Source of the DNA: a virus
Lineage: Duplodnaviria; Caudoviricetes
IMG/VR virus record: IMGVR_UViG_3300044647_001141
Span: 1-54,235 of that record
Length of the DNA: 54,235 nt
Reading direction: 5' to 3' (one strand)
Shown: positions 47,043 to 54,235 of the stretch, in pieces
How positions within the stretch are numbered: the stretch's first letter is position 1
How the letters are laid out: each line of letters starts with the position of its first letter
Notes under the pieces: model-generated
Told to the model about the DNA's origin: nothing
Databases searched by the model: none
Seen by the model: the letters and a program-made list of their open reading frames with translations, nothing else
Translations under genes and position numbers: made by a program

Positions 47043-47527
47043 TGGTTTACAGGGTCAAAAAGGGCAATCATTGGTTCTTCCCGATTTTCCCTATGCTGAC
47101 ACTGCGCAGGGTATTCAGAAAGACCGTGTATTTCCATGCCTCGGCAAAGTACATACTTGGCGATGGCGACCAGGGTGACATCAACAAGCTCTTTGGTGTC
47201 GGCTATTTGCCACATCTGCACCGGTACTCGGCGAGGTTCGGATGGGTCTATAACCCGGAAACCGAGAAGATAGAACTGCATGCGTACTGTTATGATCGTG
47301 GCGAAAGGCTTACGCAGCTTGTGGCCAGCGTCGGCATCGGAGAGTACGTCAAGTGCGAAATCAAGGTAGGATTCAAGAACTACATCTTCACTGTAAGGCA
47401 GCAGAACAAATCAACCTACAAGATCATCCGGGTATCGGACTTCAACAAATTGATAGGCTACACCCTGCACACCTACTTCGGCGGTAACAAGGCTGCTCCG
47501 CATGAGATTAAAATCGAAATGAAATGA
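47042..47527 (+). CDS. Hypothetical beta-rich protein
   Basis: Coupled start MVYRVKKGNH at 47042; DINKLFG..SARFGW..YFGGNKAAPH. Confidence 0.65.
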   Translation: MVYRVKKGNHWFFPIFPMLTLRRVFRKTVYFHASAKYILGDGDQGDINKLFGVGYLPHLHRYSARFGWVYNPETEKIELHAYCYDRGERLTQLVASVGIGEYVKCEIKVGFKNYIFTVRQQNKSTYKIIRVSDFNKLIGYTLHTYFGGNKAAPHEIKIEMK

Positions 47528-48039
47528 CCCTCCAGGATAAGATCATATCGGTCGCCGAAGGATACCTGGGTCAGCAGGAGATACCGGGTAATGCAGGTTT
47601 CGTTGATTCAAAATTCGAGGCACAGATGCGCATGGTGGGTTGGGACAAGGGGCAGTCCTGGTGCGCATACTTCACTGAGCTGGTATGGAAGAGGGCGTTT
47701 GGGAAGCCAAGCACCTTTGCGCCGGCTCTTGATAAACTATTCAGTCCATCCGCCACGGCGACATGGGCGAATTTCAAGGGTTCCAACATCTTCAAGACCG
47801 GTGCAGTCCCCAGGCCCGGTGCGCTTGTGGTATGGCGCTATGGAACAGGGTGGCAGGGGCATATCGGAATTGTCACCGGCGGCATGAATGCGGCCACGGG
47901 TAAGTTCCCGACAATAGAGGGCAACACAAACGCATCGGGGGCAAGGGAAGGGTTATACGTAATGCGAAAAAGCAGACCGCTACTCTTTAACCAGACCGGA
48001 TCCGGACTCAACCTGATCGGTTTCATATATGCGCCATGA
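47524..48039 (+). CDS. CHAP-domain endolysin
   Basis: SWCAYF (catalytic Cys), GHIGIV (His), TIEGNT. Confidence 0.88.
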   Translation: MTLQDKIISVAEGYLGQQEIPGNAGFVDSKFEAQMRMVGWDKGQSWCAYFTELVWKRAFGKPSTFAPALDKLFSPSATATWANFKGSNIFKTGAVPRPGALVVWRYGTGWQGHIGIVTGGMNAATGKFPTIEGNTNASGAREGLYVMRKSRPLLFNQTGSGLNLIGFIYAP

Positions 48040-48686
48040 AGAACCTTGGTCAATACCTAAAGTACACTTTAATCTGCGTAGGCATCCTTTTCACATCGCT
48101 GTTCGTCTGGAAGTCCTGTCACCCTGACAAGGACAACGGGCCTGTCATCACCCAGCAGCAATATGACATGCTCAAGAAGGCGTATGAGCAGAGTTTAGAG
48201 GACTACAATATCCGCATTGGGGAATTTATGGACTCGCTCAAGCTCAACGACAGCACCATTGGTCTGCTGGAGATGCAGCGCGACTCGCTGCGCAGGGAAA
48301 CCATAGCGAATAAAAACAAGGCCGACAAGTTTGCGATACTATACCGCGATGCCAAGAAGGCGCTTGACACCCTCAGGATGTTGCAGTCCTGCGACTCGCT
48401 CTCCGAGCAGTACGGGATATTGTCCCAGGCGATTGTGGACCTGGACTCCCAGTACACCAGGTTCATCACGGCGAAGAATGAAACCATAGAAATCAAGGAC
48501 AGCATCATTGCCATCAAGGACGTGATTATCGATTCGCAAACCGTGAAATACAAATCCGCCGACAGCACGATAAAACAAATATCGACGCAATATACCGAGG
48601 AGAAAAGTCGCCACAAGAAAAGCAAAGAGACTGGCTGGTTCGGAATACTTGTGGCCTTTATCCTTGGTTTGCTGATCGGCAACTGA
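48036..48686 (+). CDS. Spanin-like protein
   Basis: N-terminal hydrophobic segment ending WKSC, long coiled coil, C-terminal TM GWFGILVAFILGLLIG; directly after the endolysin. Confidence 0.6.
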   Translation: MKNLGQYLKYTLICVGILFTSLFVWKSCHPDKDNGPVITQQQYDMLKKAYEQSLEDYNIRIGEFMDSLKLNDSTIGLLEMQRDSLRRETIANKNKADKFAILYRDAKKALDTLRMLQSCDSLSEQYGILSQAIVDLDSQYTRFITAKNETIEIKDSIIAIKDVIIDSQTVKYKSADSTIKQISTQYTEEKSRHKKSKETGWFGILVAFILGLLIGN

Positions 48687-48696
48687 AAACAATCCA

Positions 48697-49695
48697 ATGT
48701 CTGAGAAATTCACCATTACCAATCTTGCCAGGGAGTATCGTGAAAAATACGGCAATAAGATGCCGACACTCAAGCTCGCAAGGATCATGGCAAAGGAGAA
48801 CCCTCTTTTGTTTTCCGGTGTTGAGGCGGCAAGAAGCGCACTAAGGTATATCGAATTCAAAATTGGGAAGCCTACCCCCAAAAAGTTAGCACTCATGGGG
48901 CCAGAAAGACCCAGGGCGCCGTACAACATCCCGGAGTCAAGCCGGGCGGACCGAAAGCCGTTCCTACTTCCCGAGTCCTGCAACAACATACTGCTCATAA
49001 GCGACCTGCACATCCCGTACCACGACGTCAAGGCCATTGAGATTGCACTTGACTACGGCCTTGACAATGACATCAACTGCATCTTCATCAACGGCGACCT
49101 CATAGACTTCCACATGCTGAGTAAGTTCGACAAGGATCCCCGCAAGCGCAGTGTGAAATACGAACTCGATACCGCCAAGGAGGTCCTTCGCATATTCAGA
49201 AGGACATTCCCGGAGGCTGCCATCTATTGGCTAAAGGGCAACCATTGCGTCAGGTACGAGAAGTGGCTGATGACAAAAGTCTATGAAATATTCGATGACG
49301 AATACTACCACCTGGAGCAGCGCCTCAGGCTAAACGAGGAAGGCGTAGTGATCATCGACGACAAGATCCATGTCAAGGCCGGGAACCTGTCCATCACGCA
49401 CGGCCATCACCTCATGCGCGGATTCTTCAGTCCCGTGAATAGTTCAAGAGGCGCCTGGATGAAGGCCAAGCAGAGCGTGATCATAGGACACGTCCACAGG
49501 CACAGCAGCCATACCGAGGTCAACATGGATGGCGATATAACCGGCACATGGTCGACCGGATGCCTGTGTGAACTCAAGCCGGACTACAATCCGCTGGTCT
49601 CAAATTATCAGCACGGCTTTGCGCATATCAAGGTGTTCCAGAACAAGAAGGTGCAGGTGCGCAACTTTCAGATCCAGGACTACAAAATATATTAG
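48697..49695 (+). CDS. Calcineurin-like metallophosphoesterase
   Basis: SDLH, NGDLID, KGNH, THGH and GHVH motifs. Confidence 0.9.
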   Translation: MSEKFTITNLAREYREKYGNKMPTLKLARIMAKENPLLFSGVEAARSALRYIEFKIGKPTPKKLALMGPERPRAPYNIPESSRADRKPFLLPESCNNILLISDLHIPYHDVKAIEIALDYGLDNDINCIFINGDLIDFHMLSKFDKDPRKRSVKYELDTAKEVLRIFRRTFPEAAIYWLKGNHCVRYEKWLMTKVYEIFDDEYYHLEQRLRLNEEGVVIIDDKIHVKAGNLSITHGHHLMRGFFSPVNSSRGAWMKAKQSVIIGHVHRHSSHTEVNMDGDITGTWSTGCLCELKPDYNPLVSNYQHGFAHIKVFQNKKVQVRNFQIQDYKIY

Positions 49696-49697
49696 CG

Positions 49698-50450
49698 ATG
49701 CCGCAAAACTACAAGTACGGATGGCTGCCGGACATACCGGACATCAGGGATCTGAAATTCAGCGGCATGGTCAAGGGTGCGCTCCCAAAGAAAGTCGATC
49801 TCCGCTCCCTTCATTCACTGGTTTACGACCAGGGCGCACTGGGATCATGCACTGCCAATGCCCTCGGCTCCGCATACGACTTCGGCAGGGTACGTCAAAA
49901 ACTCAAGGCGACAAAGCCATCCCGGCTATTTATATATTATAATGAGCGGGCCATCATCGGCACGATCAATTCGGATTCCGGGGCCTATATCCGGGATGGC
50001 ATCAAGACGATGGCCAAGCAGGGTGTCTGCGAGGAGACCCTATGGCCCTATGACATCACAAAGTTCAAGAAGAAGCCTGCCGTTGCCGCCTATAAGGATG
50101 CCAAAAAAAGTACGGTCAGGGAATACCTGAGACTCGACAACCGGGTTCTGCGTGACCTGAAGCAGTGCCTTGCCGATGGCTACGGATTTGTCTTTGGGTT
50201 CTCCGTGTATGAGACGATAGAGTCTGAGGAGGTCGCAAGGACCGGGGTCGTGCCAATGCCGAAGCCGGGAGAACAAATGCTGGGCGGACACGCCGTCTTT
50301 TGTGTGGGGTATGATGACGATAGGAGGGAGTTCATCATCCGCAATTCATGGGGTAGCGGATGGGGCGACAGGGGCCATTGCTACCTTCCATATGATTATG
50401 TGACAGACCCGAACCTTGCTGATGATTTCTGGACGATAAGGTTGGTATAA
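49698..50450 (+). CDS. Papain-family (C1A) cysteine peptidase
   Basis: DQGALGSCTANA (Gln/Cys), GGHAV (His), RNSWG (Asn), plus SRLFIYYNER. Confidence 0.92.
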   Translation: MPQNYKYGWLPDIPDIRDLKFSGMVKGALPKKVDLRSLHSLVYDQGALGSCTANALGSAYDFGRVRQKLKATKPSRLFIYYNERAIIGTINSDSGAYIRDGIKTMAKQGVCEETLWPYDITKFKKKPAVAAYKDAKKSTVREYLRLDNRVLRDLKQCLADGYGFVFGFSVYETIESEEVARTGVVPMPKPGEQMLGGHAVFCVGYDDDRREFIIRNSWGSGWGDRGHCYLPYDYVTDPNLADDFWTIRLV

Positions 50451-50500
50451 GGCTGATGTGTTGGAAGGGTGACATTCACCTTAACATTAAAGCATTTCGT

Positions 50501-50713
50501 ATGCCAATAAAATTCAAATTCGACCTGGAATGGTATCAGCCGCTTTACCTTAAAACAGACCCCGAACAGTCACCTTTTTTGCTGATAGGAATTGCTATAT
50601 CTCCAAATGGCCCTATCTTTACATTGGTAAATCAAGGCGAGGAAATCTCCTGTTATGAGGGTGAATTCACCACTGAAATAGATGATTCTCTGAAGCTTGG
50701 AATACAAAGTTGA
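50501..50713 (+). CDS. Small hypothetical protein
   Basis: MPIKFKFD..LYLKTDPEQ, 70 aa; alternative ATG at 50456. Confidence 0.55.
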   Translation: MPIKFKFDLEWYQPLYLKTDPEQSPFLLIGIAISPNGPIFTLVNQGEEISCYEGEFTTEIDDSLKLGIQS

Positions 50714-50715
50714 TT

Positions 50716-50948
50716 TTTGGTCACACTGCGGTCACAGATGCGTATAAGTTATTGACAATCATATATTTATTAATTAGCGACTCGACTTGTAATTATACGC
50801 AAATACAACATATACTGGTTATTTAGCCTGAAAATCGGATAACTAATTTACTTATTTCTTTTTTAGAATTGAATTTACGTAGTATATTTGGTCACACTAC
50901 GGTCACATAAATCAACCTGGTCACATTGTGTGACTAAAAATCGTGACC
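50716..50948. other. Putative attP (arm-type repeats around an AT-rich core)
   Basis: 21-bp direct repeat TTTGGTCACACT(G/A)CGGTCACA at 50716-50736 and 50887-50907; further GGTCACA at 50919 and inverted copies at ~50929 and ~50942; directly upstream of the integrase. Confidence 0.7.
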
Positions 50949-50977
50949 AAAGTCCAAAAAAAACCAAAAAAGCAGCA

Positions 50978-52204
50978 ATGAAAATCACTTTCTATCTCCG
51001 TGATACATCGGACAAAGAATCAGCAATTTGGATACAAGGCTACTGCTCCGATGGCCGCATCAGAAAATCAATAGGGAAGATCATACCGACATCCGCATGG
51101 AAGGATGGCTGGGTATCATACAAGGGGGTCCACCCAAAGGATAGGGCGTCAGTGGAAACCGCGGAGGCATACATGCGATACATCCGCTCGACCATAGACA
51201 ACCTTCTGCTCAATACACGCATGAAGGATGGCCTCATAATGAAGTCGGATATATTGGCAATCATCTCCGGCGAGGAAAGTGTGAAAGCAGAGAAAAGGGA
51301 TCTGTCTAAATCCTTGTTTACAATCATCCAAAAGATGGGACGAGGAGAGATACTGACGCCGGCCGGCAACAGATACACCGACAATACAATCAAGACATTC
51401 ATGATTGCCTACAAAAAGATCATCAAATATTTTGAAGGAAGATCGCTTGATGAAATAACTGAAAATGACATTACAAATTTTAAGAACTATTGTTTCTCCA
51501 GAAAACTGTCGTTCAATAGCACGACATTGGTCATGAATAAATTCAAGGTGTTGATCAATGAGTTGACAAAACTTGGAGAGTACAGCGGTCCGCTCAGTGA
51601 TGTTAAGATGAGCCAAAGGAACAGAAAGGTGCAGAAGATATTCCTAACCGAGGAGGAAATTGAACGCATACACAATGTCGATCTCTCGCATGACGAAAGA
51701 CTTGTGAAATACCGGAACTTATGGTTGACGATGTATTATACCGGACTTAGATTCAGTGATGCCGAGAAACTGAAGCCAGATAACATTGTCGGAGATACCA
51801 TCCAGCTGATGAACAAAAAGACCAAAAAGATAGTCGTGATTCCTATCATGCCTAAACTAAAGGAACTGCTTGAAAAAAACAAAGGCATGTTTGTTTCTGC
51901 CATCGCCATATCAAATATGAACATTACCATCCGGGAAATATGCCGACTGGCAGGCATCAACGAGAAGGTGACAATTAAGAAAGACCGGGCCGGTGTCATA
52001 CATGAGATCACCACTGAGAAATGGAGGCTTGTAACATCGCATACGGCAAGAAGAAGCATCACAACGAATATGCAGAGAAACCATATCCCTTATGAGATTG
52101 CAGGGGATATGTTAGGCATGAGCCGGAATACCTGGGATCATTACAACAAGATGACACCACAGGAAAAAGCATCGGAACTAAAGAAACTGGACTTCTTCAA
52201 ATAA
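50978..52204 (+). CDS. int: Tyrosine recombinase/integrase (Bacteroidota type)
   Basis: Arm-binding N-terminus MKITFYLR; TGLRFSD (R), KKTKK (K), SHTARRS (HxxR), C-terminal Tyr in DHYNK. Confidence 0.9.
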   Translation: MKITFYLRDTSDKESAIWIQGYCSDGRIRKSIGKIIPTSAWKDGWVSYKGVHPKDRASVETAEAYMRYIRSTIDNLLLNTRMKDGLIMKSDILAIISGEESVKAEKRDLSKSLFTIIQKMGRGEILTPAGNRYTDNTIKTFMIAYKKIIKYFEGRSLDEITENDITNFKNYCFSRKLSFNSTTLVMNKFKVLINELTKLGEYSGPLSDVKMSQRNRKVQKIFLTEEEIERIHNVDLSHDERLVKYRNLWLTMYYTGLRFSDAEKLKPDNIVGDTIQLMNKKTKKIVVIPIMPKLKELLEKNKGMFVSAIAISNMNITIREICRLAGINEKVTIKKDRAGVIHEITTEKWRLVTSHTARRSITTNMQRNHIPYEIAGDMLGMSRNTWDHYNKMTPQEKASELKKLDFFK

Positions 52205-52218
52205 GCAAAAGACCCATA

Positions 52219-53898
52219 TCAATTATGGGTCTTCTTGTATTGCCTCGTTTGGGTGTCGAACAGATACTCGATCCTTCCGAGCTGCCCAAGCCATGACCGC
52301 TTAATCTTTTGGATGTGGATCTCCACCACTCCGGTCTCAAAATCCCTCCATACGGCGAACCCGTTATCGGCATGATTGAAAAAGTGTGCGCTGCCGCTGA
52401 TTTGGTACATGGTCGGAACCTCGTACTTCCCGTTCTCTTTCTTCAGTTTGGTAGGGTGGGCGATGAGGAAGATATGCACGCCGTACTTGCGGGTGAAGAC
52501 CTTTATCTTCTTGAGGCATTGGTTTATGTACTGCGTCTCGCTCTGCCCGGGTTCCAGGGCGGCCTCAATATAGTTCCAGGGGTCGATGACCACACCATTG
52601 ATGCCGCGCTGAACCACAAGCATCCTGCACTTCTCCAGTATGGCGTCAATGGTGAACTCGGTCTCGTCGATGTTGACAAAGAAGAAATGCTCGTCTATCA
52701 TGCCTGCCGCATACTCGGCCTCATGCCGGAGCATCATCTTGTTGGCATCCGCCCTCGGCTGGAACGACTTGCCGACAATCTTCTGCATGAGCAGGGTGAC
52801 GTGTATGGCAGGCGGCTGTGTCTCAAAACTGAACACGCCCCACTTCCAATCATGTTTGATCCGCATCTGAGCCATGATCCAGTCTACGAACTCGCTCTTT
52901 CCGGATCCCGGACTACCGGTCACAATCCACAGCTCCCCGTTGCTCTGGTTAAAGGAGGCGTGTTCATCAAAGCCGTCGATGCCCGCCTTGAGACCGGGCG
53001 GGTATCCATTTGTGTACAGCTCCTGCACATCATCGTACATGTCCTCAAGGGTCACAACGCCTTCCACCGGGAACGGCTTGGCTTCCGAAAATAGTTTCTT
53101 GACCGCGTCCCTTCCGTGGTTGAGCAGCACCTCATTGGAGTCCTTGCAGCCTTGAGGATATTCCACCTTGTAGCACCTGTGCTTTCCAAGACGGCGAGCC
53201 AGCTCATCACGCAGGGCATGGCCTGCCTGGTCACCATCGGTGGCGATGACAATCTTGTCCATCACCTCAAAGTACTCCCAGCAGTTTTCCAGGTACTCCA
53301 GTTTGGCATTGGATGAAAGCGATGCGCCGTTCGGCACCGAGATGGCATTGAATATCCCGGATTCCACGGCGGTAAGAACATCAATCTCGCCCTCCACTAT
53401 GATACATTCCCGCTCGTGCTTGATGGCGTCAAGGTTGTAGAAGATGAGTTCCGCACCGCTGACCATCTTGAACTCCTTTTGCGGTCCCCGGTATTTGATG
53501 TTGATGAGCTGCTCATCCCGGATGTAGTTAAAGCATACGCACAGCAGTTTGTCGTTCACCTGCGGCATCCACTCCAGGGTCTCCGTGATGCCCATGCGCA
53601 GCAGCGTGTTGTTGCTGATGCCTCTTACGCCCTCGAACCAGGCGACAATATCATCGCTCAGATGCTGAATGCGCTTCTGCGGGCGGATGTATTCCCTGGC
53701 CTCCCTTTTGACGTACTTATCGCCGGCGAATCCCTTGAAATCGCATGGATGGTTGTGGCACCTGAATAGTCCGGTCTCAACGTCGACGGAGAGCGACCGG
53801 TCATGGCGATGCTTGCGGGTATGATGGCATTTGGGGCAGAAAGTCTTGCCGCCGGCCACCTTTGAGATGTCGATGTCGTACTTCGCCCACTGAAACAT
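52219..53898 (-). CDS. Primase-helicase (T7 gp4/Twinkle-like)
   Basis: Zn finger CPKC..CHNHPC; TOPRIM VEGEID, DGDQAG, KDSNE; Walker A TGSPGSGKS; VIDPWN; IAHPTK. Confidence 0.93.
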   Translation of the reverse strand: MFQWAKYDIDISKVAGGKTFCPKCHHTRKHRHDRSLSVDVETGLFRCHNHPCDFKGFAGDKYVKREAREYIRPQKRIQHLSDDIVAWFEGVRGISNNTLLRMGITETLEWMPQVNDKLLCVCFNYIRDEQLINIKYRGPQKEFKMVSGAELIFYNLDAIKHERECIIVEGEIDVLTAVESGIFNAISVPNGASLSSNAKLEYLENCWEYFEVMDKIVIATDGDQAGHALRDELARRLGKHRCYKVEYPQGCKDSNEVLLNHGRDAVKKLFSEAKPFPVEGVVTLEDMYDDVQELYTNGYPPGLKAGIDGFDEHASFNQSNGELWIVTGSPGSGKSEFVDWIMAQMRIKHDWKWGVFSFETQPPAIHVTLLMQKIVGKSFQPRADANKMMLRHEAEYAAGMIDEHFFFVNIDETEFTIDAILEKCRMLVVQRGINGVVIDPWNYIEAALEPGQSETQYINQCLKKIKVFTRKYGVHIFLIAHPTKLKKENGKYEVPTMYQISGSAHFFNHADNGFAVWRDFETGVVEIHIQKIKRSWLGQLGRIEYLFDTQTRQYKKTHN

Positions 53899-54230
53899 TA
53901 ATTGCCTTTTTTAGTTAGCTCCTCCATGATTGCCACCACCTTTCTGCGGAACTGCTTTTCGGCATTCTTTCGGTTAAGGGCGGAGCAGTACAGGCATCCG
54001 TCTTTTGTGATCACGCGGGATTTACTGCCGCCGCCAAGGGTCACATGCGCCTCAAATTTGGCGAGGCTAATCTCGTTGGTGTTGCTGTCCCATTCCCAGA
54101 TCTTATGTCCATCGCCGGGGATGATGCTGCCGACAAATACCATCTTCTTCTCAACCGGAATCTCCTTCACCACCTCGGTGCGGTGTTCTTTTGGCTTTCT
54201 GTTCAGCAGGTGCTGGAGTAGCTGCTTCAT
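53898..54230 (-). CDS. Hypothetical protein
   Basis: 110 aa, coupled (TAATG) to the primase-helicase. Confidence 0.65.
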   Translation of the reverse strand: MKQLLQHLLNRKPKEHRTEVVKEIPVEKKMVFVGSIIPGDGHKIWEWDSNTNEISLAKFEAHVTLGGGSKSRVITKDGCLYCSALNRKNAEKQFRRKVVAIMEELTKKGN

Positions 54231-54235
54231 GGTTT

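Noticed and set aside
50784-50793. GACTTGTAAT in the attP core resembling a tRNA-Thr(UGU) anticodon loop
   Set aside because: Only 10 nt, with no adjoining tRNA half to restore the gene; attB cannot be assigned from this.
1-54235. Stop-codon reassignment and tRNA genes as in some Crassvirales
   Set aside because: Standard-code ORFs tile the window densely, and no tRNA cloverleaf was seen in the short intergenic gaps.

Overview
This window is most of a Bacteroidota-infecting, crAss-like (podovirus-type) phage genome that looks temperate. Left to right: a RepL-like fragment, tandem GroES-like protein, terminase large subunit, Tad1-like anti-defence sponge and a PD-(D/E)xK nuclease. Next is a ~6.3 kb opposite-strand island with two moron-like envelope genes, an AT-rich array of microgenes sharing terminal linkers, a split C5 DNA methyltransferase with two genes overprinted inside it, and a lambda-O-style initiator with internal iterons. 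Then come the portal, scaffold-like protein, major capsid, two repeat-rich fibres, ring/muzzle tail proteins, three internal-virion proteins (one of 3073 aa with a ParB-like module), a lysis cassette, a metallophosphoesterase, a papain-like protease, an intact attP-like site with a tyrosine integrase, and a T7 gp4/Twinkle-type primase-helicase. The strongest leads are: (1) the MTase locus, where one alternative frame holds both a motif-IX subunit with five LPTP repeats and an HNH nuclease; (2) the linker-chained microgene array; (3) a TACG(C/T)-N7-G(C/A)GTA palindrome at six intergenic promoter regions of the structural and lysis modules; (4) a late 3' UTR complementary to the integrase translation-start region; (5) a fibre with a Sec-type signal peptide. 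All calls come from reading motifs by eye; no database search was run.
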